A stretch of 64,000 nt of DNA from Phormidesmis sp. (lineage in GTDB: Bacteria; Cyanobacteriota; Cyanobacteriia; Leptolyngbyales; Leptolyngbyaceae), in the NCBI GenBank assembly GCA_965248535.1, contig CBDFJR010000002.1:1376001-1440000 (forward strand), in the 5' to 3' direction. The position numbers were made by a program, and so were the translations under genes. Below, in pieces: positions 1-13,226 of the stretch. The stretch's first letter is position 1. Each line of letters opens with the position of its first letter. The notes beneath the pieces were generated by a model. The model worked only from the letters and a program-made list of their open reading frames with translations. It had not been told where the DNA came from and did not search any database.

Positions 1-1
1 T

Positions 2-997
2 GAGTCTAGTAATCCTTTTTTTCAATACGGCAGGCTTCAGCAGTTTGTTGCGATTCGCGGGGCAAAACCCATCGGTCGCATTGTGGCGGCAGTCAACGAT
101 CGGTTGGTCGATCGCGAAGGCAAACCCATCGGCATTTTTGGTTTTTTTGAGTGTGTTGAAGACTTTGAGGTTGCCCAATCTCTTTTTGGTGCTGCCGCTG
201 ACTGGCTAAGAGCGCAGGGAATGACCGAAGTCAGAGGCCCGATCGATCTTTCAACTCACAATAATTGCCTGTTTTTAGTAGATGGCTTTGACTCGTCGCC
301 CATGGTGATGATGCCTTACAATCCTGCTTACTATCCTCAGTTTTTAGAACGAGACGGCTGGCACAAAGCCAAAGACGCTTATGCCTATAACTTTCTGCTT
401 GATCAACCCCTCTCTCCAGAATTTGAAAAAGGCTACAAAATTGCCTGCAAATCTGGGGTTAACTTTCGACCCTTGAGAACCAAAGGCGAAGGATTTGAGC
501 AAGACGCGATCGGTCTCTATAATCTGTTTACCAAGGCCTTTTCTGATAACTGGAGTTCTACCCCTCGCACTCAAGCAGAGTTTTTAGAAGAGGCAAAATC
601 GCTGCAAAGTTTGGTCGATCCTGATGTGTTTCCGATCGCTGAATACAACGGTGAAATGATCGGGTTTTGGATGGGGTTGCCGGACTACAACATTCCCCTC
701 AAACACGTTAACGGTAAGCTGAATTGGTTGGGAATTCTCAAGTTTCTCTGGCATCGTCGCCAAATCGATCAAGGGCGAGTGATTGCGATCTGTTCGCTTC
801 CAGAATTTCGCCGCAAAATGGTTCCTCTGGCGCTGATTTATTTGGGCATGAATGGCGGAATTCAAAAGGGAAAACCTTACAAACGAGCCGAATTATCTTG
901 GGTTTACGAAGATAATTTTGCTTCCCGTAAATTGATCGAAGCGTCGGGTGGCAAAATCTATAAAACCTATCGAATGTATGAAAAAAGTCTAGTTTAA
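2..997 (+). CDS. GNAT-fold acyltransferase of the YghO / bacterial ceramide synthase-like family (5' truncated by window edge)
   Basis: Frame is open from base 2 (ESSNPFFQYG..GRIVAAVND). Motifs GFFEC, RGPIDLS, LVDGFD..PMVMMPYNP.YY and ELSWVYEDN..S are present. Confidence 0.7.
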   Translation, partial: ESSNPFFQYGRLQQFVAIRGAKPIGRIVAAVNDRLVDREGKPIGIFGFFECVEDFEVAQSLFGAAADWLRAQGMTEVRGPIDLSTHNNCLFLVDGFDSSPMVMMPYNPAYYPQFLERDGWHKAKDAYAYNFLLDQPLSPEFEKGYKIACKSGVNFRPLRTKGEGFEQDAIGLYNLFTKAFSDNWSSTPRTQAEFLEEAKSLQSLVDPDVFPIAEYNGEMIGFWMGLPDYNIPLKHVNGKLNWLGILKFLWHRRQIDQGRVIAICSLPEFRRKMVPLALIYLGMNGGIQKGKPYKRAELSWVYEDNFASRKLIEASGGKIYKTYRMYEKSLV

Positions 998-1025
998 GTC
1001 TCTATAAAAAATCGGAACTTTTTCA

Positions 1026-1985
1026 ATGAAAGCATTAGTAACCGGGGCTAACGGCTTTACTGGGTCTCATTTAGTCAAAGCGCTTGAAAAGCGAGGCGAT
1101 GCTGTGGTGGGGTTGGTGAGACGATCCAGCGACTTATCGCGATTAGACAACACCGCGATTGAACTAGTCTATGGAGACATCACCGATCGCGCTGCCCTGC
1201 AACAAGCCATGAGTCAAGTTGATACCGTTTTTCACACAGCCGCCTACGTCGAACTCGGTTTAGTCGATGCCGCACGAATGGAACAGGTCAACGTTCAAGG
1301 AACGCGCACCGTGCTGGAAGTTGCCCAAGCTGCGGGAGTTTCTAAAATGATTTATTGCAGCACGATCGGGGTTTTTGGCGACACCCAAGGCAAAGTCATT
1401 GACGAAACCTTCGAGCGGATTCAAAAAGATTTTTCGTCTGCCTACGATCGCACCAAATACAACGCCCAACAACTCGTCAATCAAGCGGCGGCTAGCGGGT
1501 TTCCGGTCATAAGCGTGATGCCTTCCGGCATTTTTGGACTGGATGATCCACATTTTATGCCCGTCCTCAATACCTTTCTTAAAAGACGGCTAAAAGTTTG
1601 GGCAGGCGGACAAAGAATCACAGGCATCGTTCATGTCGATGATTTAGCAAAAGCGATGATATTGGCAGCCGATCGGGGTCAACCTGGCGAACATTACATT
1701 ATCTCGTCAGGCGATTTATCAACTCGTGAAATGTTTGAGATTTTTAGTCGAGAAACCGGAATCTCTGCCCCGGCTGACGCGCCCGAACCACTAGTTCGCA
1801 CCGTTGGCGCAGTCTTAGATCTCATTGGCCGCACCTTTTCGTGGCAGCCTCCGATCGACCGAGAACGAGTGCATTATCTCTACGATCGCTGCGTCCGCGT
1901 CGATGCTGCCAAGGCAAAACGAGAACTTGGATGGAACCCTCGCTCTATTGAAGCCACCCTCAAAGAACTAGTCCAACAGCCTTGA
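1026..1985 (+). CDS. NAD-dependent epimerase/dehydratase (extended SDR)
   Basis: N-terminal VTGANGFTG Rossmann motif; YDRTK (YxxxK) catalytic motif. Confidence 0.9.
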   Translation: MKALVTGANGFTGSHLVKALEKRGDAVVGLVRRSSDLSRLDNTAIELVYGDITDRAALQQAMSQVDTVFHTAAYVELGLVDAARMEQVNVQGTRTVLEVAQAAGVSKMIYCSTIGVFGDTQGKVIDETFERIQKDFSSAYDRTKYNAQQLVNQAAASGFPVISVMPSGIFGLDDPHFMPVLNTFLKRRLKVWAGGQRITGIVHVDDLAKAMILAADRGQPGEHYIISSGDLSTREMFEIFSRETGISAPADAPEPLVRTVGAVLDLIGRTFSWQPPIDRERVHYLYDRCVRVDAAKAKRELGWNPRSIEATLKELVQQP

Positions 1986-2001
1986 GATAAAAGAATCCTA
2001 T

Positions 2002-2033
2002 AAAAAAGGCTCCGCGGTCGCGGAGCCTTTTTT
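2002..2033. terminator. Bidirectional intrinsic terminator
   Basis: AAAAAAGGCTCCGC-ggtc-GCGGAGCCTTTTTT lies between convergent genes. Confidence 0.85.
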
Positions 2034-2056
2034 GTCGATTTCAGAAGAAGCTTCGA

Positions 2057-3955
2057 TTAGAAGGTGAAGGTCGTTCTCACCGTGCCAATCACAACATCAT
2101 CGTTTGTGGTATTCTGACCGGGGTTAATCACCCAGATGATGCCAGGCGTGATTGAGATGTTGTCATTCAACTGATACTTATAGAACCCTTCTAGGTGAAG
2201 AGGAATCGCGTTGCCCACACCCGCTGCTCTTTGAGCAGCAGACGGATTAGACACATAAGGCTCTGCCCCTGCCATAAAGCCCAAGAGGTTACCTTTCTTG
2301 CCAAAATCAGGGAAGGCTAGACCAGCGCCATAAGTCCAGATTTTGCGAGAACCGTTGCCATCATCAACAAAATCAGCGTTGATGTAAGACGCAAAGCCAT
2401 TCAACACGATCTGGGGGCTGAGTCTAAAAGCGACTTCTGCTCCATAAGCGTTGACCTTAGCTGGGGTAATTGCGCCGAGTACGCTCGTGCCTTGGTTAGC
2501 CAGCAACGTGCCCGAAGCGCCAGTGCCGCCGTTTCCAGTGTCAAAGATCGCCGATCGTCTATAGGCATTGACGTAGGTCAAGCCAAGACTTAGAGCATTA
2601 CTAGCTTTGAAGGTCACTTGAGCCAGCGCAGAATAACTGCCGTTAAACAACCCATTTTTATCAGCAGGACTGTTTGCACTAGCGACCACTGCACCCGCAG
2701 AGGTTGAGTTGTCAGCCAAATAGCCACCGCTAATCGTAAAGGCTGGGGTCAATTCAAAGTTCACGCCTGCACCACTGCCACCACCAATCAAATAGATGGG
2801 GTTGCGTTGAGCAAAAACCGACAGAGGGCCTGTGCCGCCGTCAAACGCATCTAGAGCAGGGCTGACTGTGGGCGCATAGTCATAGTGAAGACCGCCTACA
2901 GCCGGGACGTAGACTCTCACCTTGTCAGTGATGTTAAAGAAATAGGCGACCCAATCAGCAAAAATTTTGTTGCCAACCGTGTTTCCAAAGTTAAAGGTCT
3001 GAAGCCCTTCAGCGTTTACGCCACCCGGTCGGTTGGGATTGTTTAGGTTGAAAGCGCCTGCATTACCTGCGGCAAGACGAGTAACCAACAAATCTTTGCC
3101 TGTAAAGCTGGTGTTGAGCGCCAGACGAACCCTGTCTTGAAACACCGTGTTGTTGCCACCAGAGTTTCTAACGCCAAACTCATCAGTGACTGCAAAAATA
3201 ACCTCGCCTGCAAGCTTGGTTGTGGTTGAAAACTGCTGCTTTTCAAGGGTTGCCGTCCGAGCTTCTAGAGCATCAACACGACCACGCAGGGTTGCCAACT
3301 CAGCCGCAAACTCTTCTTGCAGCTTTTGCAGGGTTGCCAAGTCTTCTTTCTTTACCAAATCGGCTGTGGCAGCCGCGATTAGCTCATTGACGCGATCGAG
3401 ACAAGCGTTCAAACCAGCCGCAAACTCATAGCGACTTAAAGCGCGGTTGCCGCGATAGGTTTTGTCGGGGTAGCCCGCGATGCAGCCATAGCGCTCAACC
3501 AAAGACTGCAAGGCTTGGAATGCCCAGTCAGTCGGCCGCACGTCAGACAGTTGAGAAACCGATGTGACTTGCCCGATCGCTGCCCCACCTTTTCCTTCCC
3601 GGCTGTAGCGATTGATTTGGTCGATTGAGTTGAGATCAGCACTCTGGTCTGCCGGAGAAGACACTTGAGCAACTTGAACCGGGGCAATCTTAGAAAGCTT
3701 TAGCTCGGTAGATTTTTCAGAAATCTCTTTGGCTTGAGTGGTCTTCGAGGTGGCAACTTCAGCAACCTGAGCCGCTTTGACTTCAACAGACGGTGCGACA
3801 AGCGCCTCAATTGCTTGAGTTTTCGCTGCGATCGCGACCGGAGATGTCGGAACAACGACTGACTTTTCTGCGGCGATCGCCCCAGAAGAAACCGCTAGAG
3901 CTACCCCAAAAAGCGCTGGGCTGACCACTAACGAATTCAACAGAAATTTAAACAT
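2057..3955 (-). CDS. Cyanobacterial outer-membrane porin (SLH domain plus OprB-like barrel; SomA/SomB type)
   Basis: Signal peptide; QVTSVSQLSDVRPTDWAFQALQSLVERYGC; QFSTTTKL; C-terminal RTTFTF. Start placed at ATG 3955 after GAGGAG. Confidence 0.95.
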   Translation of the reverse strand: MFKFLLNSLVVSPALFGVALAVSSGAIAAEKSVVVPTSPVAIAAKTQAIEALVAPSVEVKAAQVAEVATSKTTQAKEISEKSTELKLSKIAPVQVAQVSSPADQSADLNSIDQINRYSREGKGGAAIGQVTSVSQLSDVRPTDWAFQALQSLVERYGCIAGYPDKTYRGNRALSRYEFAAGLNACLDRVNELIAAATADLVKKEDLATLQKLQEEFAAELATLRGRVDALEARTATLEKQQFSTTTKLAGEVIFAVTDEFGVRNSGGNNTVFQDRVRLALNTSFTGKDLLVTRLAAGNAGAFNLNNPNRPGGVNAEGLQTFNFGNTVGNKIFADWVAYFFNITDKVRVYVPAVGGLHYDYAPTVSPALDAFDGGTGPLSVFAQRNPIYLIGGGSGAGVNFELTPAFTISGGYLADNSTSAGAVVASANSPADKNGLFNGSYSALAQVTFKASNALSLGLTYVNAYRRSAIFDTGNGGTGASGTLLANQGTSVLGAITPAKVNAYGAEVAFRLSPQIVLNGFASYINADFVDDGNGSRKIWTYGAGLAFPDFGKKGNLLGFMAGAEPYVSNPSAAQRAAGVGNAIPLHLEGFYKYQLNDNISITPGIIWVINPGQNTTNDDVVIGTVRTTFTF

Positions 3956-3962
3956 GAATATT

Positions 3963-3972
3963 CTCCTCACAC
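3963..3972 (-). promoter_or_regulatory. Putative Yfr1 sRNA target site over the porin RBS
   Basis: mRNA reads GUGUGAGGAG just upstream of the ATG, complementary to the conserved Yfr1 motif ACUCCUCACAC. Confidence 0.6.
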
Positions 3973-4379
3973 CTGGTTTATAGAGCGACTGTTTGAGCCT
4001 TCTACCTGTCTAGTCTAGACTTGTAACCACTTCTGCAAACTACAAAACCTACGCCAGCCTATCACTCAGGCAGTTGAGTTATGTATGCCAAATTACAACT
4101 AGAGAGCGACTTTGGAAATAATAGCAGATGTTTGCCAAGAGTGTCTGGCTGTTGTTGGGATCGATCACAGCAAAAAATCCCTTGCAAATCTCCTCCTATA
4201 AATCTCCCAGAGGTTAGCCAACTATCACCTCTATCGAAAGGAATACATACTTTTAATCAAGACCGCTAATTCTCTGCAATGCTGGGAATTGGGGGTTAAA
4301 CCAGCCAGAATCTCTCAGGATCTAGCACTGCTCTAGGTCGATATATTCGACTAGCTCCCATCGAAGATCCTCCCTTTTA

Positions 4380-4640
4380 AAAACTATCCGCTCCTGCTAA
4401 AGAAACGTTGGTAAAACCAAAATCCCAAGGAGCAGGAGCGGTGTAGGGGGTCTTCAGATTGCAACTAGACTGCCGGAAGGGACTCCAGGCTAGTCAGCCG
4501 TTATGGATGAGCCATCTCTACCAGTGTGGAAGATCTAACTCTAGAGAGCAGCCCCGGCGCACAGCCAGTTCAACACAACCTGACGACCCAGGCGTATACT
4601 ACTATCTTGCATGGGCATCACCTCCTATCGCCTAAACGGC
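4380..4640 (-). ncRNA. Candidate sRNA with internal small ORF (4541-4612, MQDSSIRLGRQVVLNWLCAGAAL) and 3' hairpin
   Basis: GGAGG RBS at 4621-4625. Inverted repeat CCGCTCCTGCT/AGCAGGAGCGG (4388-4441) is followed by a T-run on the minus strand. Boundaries are approximate. Confidence 0.45.
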
Positions 4641-4734
4641 TTTATTATCAAGGGTTTACACCGTCGAAAGCAGATAAATTTCGCTGCTTCAATTCAAGAT
4701 AACACAGACTTTTTCGAGTGTGTTGCAATCTCAC

Positions 4735-4763
4735 AAAAAAGCTCCCACCTGACTGGCGGGAGC
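4735..4763 (-). terminator. psbD terminator
   Basis: Minus strand reads GCTCCCGCC-agtca-GGTGGGAGC-TTTTTT. Confidence 0.8.
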
Positions 4764-4790
4764 GATCGAAAATGTGCAATTCCAGACCCT

Positions 4791-5849
4791 TTAGAGAGCG
4801 TTACCGCGAGGCAGAACCTCTTCAGGGAATACAAATTTTTCGTGGGGCTGGTCCTGAGAAGCCATCCAAGCGCGGATGCCCTCGTTCAACAAAATGTTCT
4901 TCGTGTAGAACGTTTCAAATTCCGGGTCTTCCGCCGCCCGCAGTTCTTGGGAGACGAAATCATACGCCCGCAGGTTTAGCGCCAAACCAACGATGCCCAC
5001 CGATGCCATCCACAACCCCGTCACCGGGACAAACAGCATGAAAAAGTGCAGCCACCGCTTGTTGGAGAAGGCAATCCCAAAAATCTGTGACCAGAAACGG
5101 TTTGCCGTCACCATCGAGTAGGTTTCTTCACTCTGGGTGGGGTTGAACGCCCGGAAGGTGTTGGCGTTTTCGCCGTCTTCAAACAGGGTGTTCTCCACCG
5201 TCGCGCCGTGGATGGCGCACAGCAGCGCGCCGCCCAAGATGCCCGCCACGCCCATCATGTGGAAGGGGTTGAGGGTGAAGTTGTGAAACCCTTGGATGAA
5301 CAGAATGAATCGGAAGATGCCCGCTACGCCGAAGCTCGGAGCGAAAAACCAACTCGACTGTCCCAACGGGTACATCAAGAAGACGGAGACGAAGACGGCG
5401 ATCGGGCCGGTGAAGGCGATGGCGTTGTAGGGACGGATGCCGACTAAGCGGGCAATCTCGAGCTGCCGCAGACAGAAGCCAATCAAGCCGAAGGCTCCGT
5501 GCAGGGCGACAAATGCCCACAGACCGCCGATTTGGAACCAGCGAGTCAGGTCGCCTTGGGCTTCAGGGCCCCACAACAGCAGCAGGGAGTGCCCCATGCT
5601 GTCGGCGGGGGTGGAGACGGCGACGGTGAGAAAGTTGGCTCCTTCGAGGTAGGAGGAAGCCAAGCCGTGGGTGTACCACGAGGTGACGAAGGTGGTGCCA
5701 GTCATCCAGCCGCCCACGGCCAAAAAGGCGCAGGGGAACAGCAGGAGGCCTGACCAGCCGATGAAGACGAAGCGATCGCGTTTCAACCAGTCGTCGAGTG
5801 CGTCAAATACGCCTCGGCTTGGTTGCGCGCGCCCTACTGCTATGGTCAT
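4791..5849 (-). CDS. psbD: Photosystem II D2 protein (monocistronic copy, no psbC downstream)
   Basis: [35 protein letters not shown]. Confidence 0.99.
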   Translation of the reverse strand: MTIAVGRAQPSRGVFDALDDWLKRDRFVFIGWSGLLLFPCAFLAVGGWMTGTTFVTSWYTHGLASSYLEGANFLTVAVSTPADSMGHSLLLLWGPEAQGDLTRWFQIGGLWAFVALHGAFGLIGFCLRQLEIARLVGIRPYNAIAFTGPIAVFVSVFLMYPLGQSSWFFAPSFGVAGIFRFILFIQGFHNFTLNPFHMMGVAGILGGALLCAIHGATVENTLFEDGENANTFRAFNPTQSEETYSMVTANRFWSQIFGIAFSNKRWLHFFMLFVPVTGLWMASVGIVGLALNLRAYDFVSQELRAAEDPEFETFYTKNILLNEGIRAWMASQDQPHEKFVFPEEVLPRGNAL

Positions 5850-6034
5850 AACGCAAATCTCCAAAGATTATGAGAACGGAAGACAAACCATCAAACTTGC
5901 TACCAGCAATCGCTCCGATTGGAGTTGACTCGGCCGCCGGGCAAGCATGATTTACTTTTCTTCACTTATTCCATCGATTATAGAGGCATGTTCTTCAAAA
6001 ATTCCAGGTTTGCACCCGCAAATCTTAAAGCTTC

Positions 6035-6052
6035 TTTATATTTCTTAACACT
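6035..6052. promoter_or_regulatory. Possible HLR1 (RpaB) site upstream of psbD
   Basis: TTTATATT-TC-TTAACACT is an imperfect match to the (G/T)TTACA(T/A)(T/A)-N2 direct repeat. Confidence 0.35.
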
Positions 6053-6124
6053 TGAAGACAGAGCCAACCGCATCAGGCAGATATTTGCGATACTAGAGCT
6101 TGGTTATCCGTAAAGCACTCTCCT

Positions 6125-6391
6125 ATGTTCATTATCGAATTGACGTTAAAGACTACACCTGTTCCCCTCTCGGTGCAGCGCAAATCAGCAGAAGATGCAG
6201 AAAAGACTTACCAAGAGATCACGGCGGCAATGCGCGCTGGCAGTAGCCAGGTTTTAGAGCTAACCTGCGATCGTCAAACCGATAAGAAACTGGCGCTGCT
6301 CAGTGACGGTCTAGCTGCGGTGCAAATCTATGAAAAATCAAGTGCGTCTGCTTCTGGTAGAGCGCCCGGTTTCTTCGCGATGGCCGAGTAA
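6125..6391 (+). CDS. Conserved cyanobacterial hypothetical protein
   Basis: Well-formed 88-aa ORF ending GRAPGFFA, 6 nt upstream of the ABC ATPase. Confidence 0.8.
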   Translation: MFIIELTLKTTPVPLSVQRKSAEDAEKTYQEITAAMRAGSSQVLELTCDRQTDKKLALLSDGLAAVQIYEKSSASASGRAPGFFAMAE

Positions 6392-6397
6392 GCCCCC

Positions 6398-7084
6398 ATG
6401 ACTTCTGGATCGACTGCTGCCATTCACATTCACGATCTCTGCTTTAGCTGGGCTAAAGATAGAACCGTTTTGCAATCTTGCTCTCTAGAAGTGCCAACTG
6501 GAGAGTTTTGGATGCTGTTGGGCACGAATGGCAGTGGTAAATCCACTCTATTGAGGCTCTTGGCTGGGCTGTTAACGCCTGACTCAGGAGACATTGAGAT
6601 TTCACCCCCGATCGGGTTTGTGTTTCAAAATCCTGACCATCAGCTTGTGATGCCTACGGTTGGTGCAGATGTAGCGTTTGGCTTGGTTCAAGAAGGGTTG
6701 TCAATTTTAGACGTGCGGCAGCGAGTCGAAGAGTCTCTGGCTGCCGTCAATTTATTGGCACTGCAAAGGCGGCCGATCTACGCCCTCAGTGGAGGACAGA
6801 AGCAGCGAGTCGCGATCGCTGGAGCTATTGCCCGCCACTGCGGGATTTTGCTGTTAGATGAACCCACCGCGCTGCTTGACCCCGACAGTCAGTTAGACCT
6901 AGTGGCTCAAGTGCAAAAACTAGTTAAAAACCGGGGCATGACGGCCCTGTGGGTGACTCACCGATTGGACGAGTTGGACTATTGTGACGGAGCCTTTCTA
7001 CTAGACCAAGGGCGAGTCGTAGATCAGGGAGACCCCAAACGGTTGAGACAGCGCTTAATGCAGACTGAAGAACTAGCAGACTAG
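6398..7084 (+). CDS. ECF-type / CbiO-like ABC transporter ATP-binding protein
   Basis: GTNGSGKST; FQNPDHQ; LSGGQKQR; LLLDEPT. Confidence 0.9.
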   Translation: MTSGSTAAIHIHDLCFSWAKDRTVLQSCSLEVPTGEFWMLLGTNGSGKSTLLRLLAGLLTPDSGDIEISPPIGFVFQNPDHQLVMPTVGADVAFGLVQEGLSILDVRQRVEESLAAVNLLALQRRPIYALSGGQKQRVAIAGAIARHCGILLLDEPTALLDPDSQLDLVAQVQKLVKNRGMTALWVTHRLDELDYCDGAFLLDQGRVVDQGDPKRLRQRLMQTEELAD

Positions 7085-7242
7085 CGCTGATTGAAGACTC
7101 ACAAACCCGCTGTGAGGATGAGCTTTTCTGGTTCGTCTGACATCTTGGCGCAAATTTTTGTATCCAAACCTCAATCGGAGGTGCCAATATTAAGAAGTGA
7201 GAAGCCAACGTCAGCGTCCGTCTGTCCCATCACCCTAAATCC

Positions 7243-7797
7243 ATGCCCCGTTCTGCGCCCCAAGCTGTGCTGTTGGTGGACGGCTATAACATAGTCGGCG
7301 CTTGGCATGACTTGAAGCAGGTGCGAGACGGTCAGGGGCTTGAAGAAGCGCGCCGCCACCTGATTGCAGCGTTAACGGGTTACAGCGCTTTTCAGGGATT
7401 TGACACTCAGGTCGTTTTTGACGCGCAATATCGCGACAGCCTGGCTACTCGCGAAGTGGTCACGCCCAATTTGTTGGTTCACTACACTGATTTTGGGCAG
7501 ACCGCAGACACTTATATTGAGCGATCGTGTGCTGATTTTCGTCACGACATTCGCAAATTTCATCAACGGCTGATTGTGGCAACCTCCGATCGGGCCCAGC
7601 AACTGACCGTGGTGGGCTATGGAGCAGAGTGGATGTCAGCCCAACAGTTAGCCAACGATGTTGAGTTTGCGGCTCGGCGAGTGCAACGCAAACAGAAAGA
7701 CGTTAAGAAATCATCGGGTCGGTTTTTGTTTAATGCTCTCGACCCGATCGCTCAAGAGCGGTTAACCCGGCTACGGTTTGGCAAAGATCAGAAATAA
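7243..7797 (+). CDS. NYN-domain (YacP/Rae1-like) ribonuclease
   Basis: LLVDGYN; VVFDA; TADTYIE; VATSD. Confidence 0.9.
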   Translation: MPRSAPQAVLLVDGYNIVGAWHDLKQVRDGQGLEEARRHLIAALTGYSAFQGFDTQVVFDAQYRDSLATREVVTPNLLVHYTDFGQTADTYIERSCADFRHDIRKFHQRLIVATSDRAQQLTVVGYGAEWMSAQQLANDVEFAARRVQRKQKDVKKSSGRFLFNALDPIAQERLTRLRFGKDQK

Positions 7798-7810
7798 GTT
7801 GGCAAAAGGC

Positions 7811-7840
7811 TTGTCAAAAGGTCGGGTTTGTCGTTATTAT
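7811..7840 (+). promoter_or_regulatory. Putative sigma70 promoter of tRNA-Asn
   Basis: TTGTCA-N18-TATTAT. Confidence 0.45.
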
Positions 7841-7861
7841 TGGATTCGCAACGAGTAACGT

Positions 7862-7933
<72 letters not shown>

Positions 7934-7952
7934 TTTTCAAAATCAATAGCTT

Positions 7953-8249
7953 TTACTGACTCCGAGCCTTATCTGTCAGCCAGGCTAAAAGTGGCTGTAT
8001 TGCCTCGGTCGCGGCTTCATCAACGTGGATCGTGTGCTGCTTCCTGCCTTCTTTAGCGGTGATTTTGTAGTGAAAGCGATCGGGTTGAAAAGGGGTGGCT
8101 GCGACTTTTGAAGGCAGATGAAAAAAGTCTGCCGCTTGCATGAGTTGCCGAAGTTGTTCCGCGTCAGATGACGACAAGGTTTCTGTGTCAACCGTTGCCG
8201 TCATCGTCATTCCCGCAAAACCACCGCTACGCTCGAATGTGACTTTCAT
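7953..8249 (-). CDS. Emfourin-family protealysin inhibitor
   Basis: ERSGGFAG and DRFHYKIT motifs; lies directly downstream of the M4 peptidase. Confidence 0.9.
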   Translation of the reverse strand: MKVTFERSGGFAGMTMTATVDTETLSSSDAEQLRQLMQAADFFHLPSKVAATPFQPDRFHYKITAKEGRKQHTIHVDEAATEAIQPLLAWLTDKARSQ

Positions 8250-8274
8250 GAGGCAAAAAGTGAGGAACTAGTCT

Positions 8275-9345
8275 CTAAATAACTCCAACCGTTTTCCAAG
8301 CATTTTGCACCGCAACGTGTTCTTTACTATTTTTGCCGTAAAGTTCGGCGGCGATCGCGATCGTCACGTTAGCAGCCGTTTTGAAGGTGGCTCGGCGGCT
8401 CAGACGCTCGGTTAGCGCCACATACCAGATTTTCCCAGCTTTTTCCCAGGCGTGTCCTCCCATCTCGATCGCGGACAAACAAAAAGCTCGATTGGGAATG
8501 CCCGAATTAATGTGAACGCCGCCACTGTCTGCCGTGCCCGTGTATAGATTTTTGAAAACCGCAGGTTGAGGATCTTTTCCCAAAACTTTATCGTCGTAAG
8601 CCGTGCCGGGGGCCTTCATCGATCGCAGAGCCACCCCATTTACTTTGGCCGTAAACAGCCCTTGCCCGATCAGCCAATCTGCTTGGTCGGCAGTTTGGTT
8701 CAAAGATTTTTGCTTGATCAACGAGCCAAAGACATCCGAAAAAGATTCGTTAAGCGCCCCCGGCTGTCCCTTGTAGATCAGCGCGGCCTCACTTTGCGTG
8801 ACTCCGTGGGTTAGCTCGTGCCCAATCACGTCGATCGATTTCGTGAAGCGATCGAAGATTTCACCATCCCCGTCGCCATAAACCATCTGACTGCCATTCC
8901 AAAAGGCATTGTCATACTTACGATCGAAGTGAACTGTAGAATCGAGTCGCATCCCCAACCCGTCGATCGAGTTGCGCTGAAACACATCGTAATAAAAATC
9001 GTAGGTTGCGCCTGATCCGTCATAGGCTTCATCAACCGCGATATCGCCTGTGGGCGGGTCGCCTTCTCCCCGAACTAGCGTCCCTGGTAAGTCGGTGGCA
9101 TTTTTGGCGTTGTAGATGGTGCGGCGCTTAGTTCCGGCGGGGGCCATAAATCGAGTGGCTCCGATCGCCTCCCGTCGTCCTCGAAATTGCTCCGATGCTC
9201 TCAGCGTTTCTAAAGCCCACTCGCGCTGAGTTTGGCTGCCGCTCAGAATAATATGATCAGTCATGTAGGGAGGCAAAATGCAGCAAATGGGACAGATATG
9301 AGACCCTTGGTGCTTGCCTGATAACCGTTTAGCTGTCGTTCTCAT
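8275..9345 (-). CDS. Protealysin-like M4 zinc metallopeptidase
   Basis: CILPPY propeptide motif; NAFWNG; HELTH; GALNES; GGVHINSG. Confidence 0.95.
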   Translation of the reverse strand: MRTTAKRLSGKHQGSHICPICCILPPYMTDHIILSGSQTQREWALETLRASEQFRGRREAIGATRFMAPAGTKRRTIYNAKNATDLPGTLVRGEGDPPTGDIAVDEAYDGSGATYDFYYDVFQRNSIDGLGMRLDSTVHFDRKYDNAFWNGSQMVYGDGDGEIFDRFTKSIDVIGHELTHGVTQSEAALIYKGQPGALNESFSDVFGSLIKQKSLNQTADQADWLIGQGLFTAKVNGVALRSMKAPGTAYDDKVLGKDPQPAVFKNLYTGTADSGGVHINSGIPNRAFCLSAIEMGGHAWEKAGKIWYVALTERLSRRATFKTAANVTIAIAAELYGKNSKEHVAVQNAWKTVGVI

Positions 9346-9667
9346 GGCTTTAAATTGCTCCTAGTTTTGAAAATGAGAGACTGACTTCTAGCGCCGAATT
9401 CTGATGTTTTGTTACAAAACTTATATTTGTTCTCAGATAATTTCCCTCTTACTTTTATGATATTTAACAGACCTGACAAATTGGTTCTACACACTTTTTA
9501 ATAATTCAGTGTTTGAACCCGAAACGTTTTAATCTAAAAGTAAGCGTGGTTGACCCTGGATAACGTTGTATTCATGTGGTTCATTACTTCAACAGAATGT
9601 GTGTTCTAGAAGTAACGAGGCTGATTGACGGAGACAGGTGACACTCTGGTCAGATTTAACACAGTAA

Positions 9668-13099
<3,432 letters not shown>

Positions 13100-13163
13100 T
13101 CAACCCTTGAGCGAGTCAACAAGGGGCAGGGCTGCCCGTCCCTAAGCCAACTGTGATTAAAGA

Positions 13164-13200
13164 GGTCTCGATCGAGGTGATAGCGATCGAGACCTTTTTG
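13164..13200. terminator. Terminator between apcE and the NIL gene
   Basis: AGGTCTCGATCG..CGATCGAGACCT-TTTT. Confidence 0.7.
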
Positions 13201-13226
13201 TTGACCCATCAGAGTCAACAAGCGCC

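Noticed and set aside
4611..5928. Several ORFs overlapping psbD
   Set aside because: These are antisense or alternate-frame shadows of a highly conserved gene.
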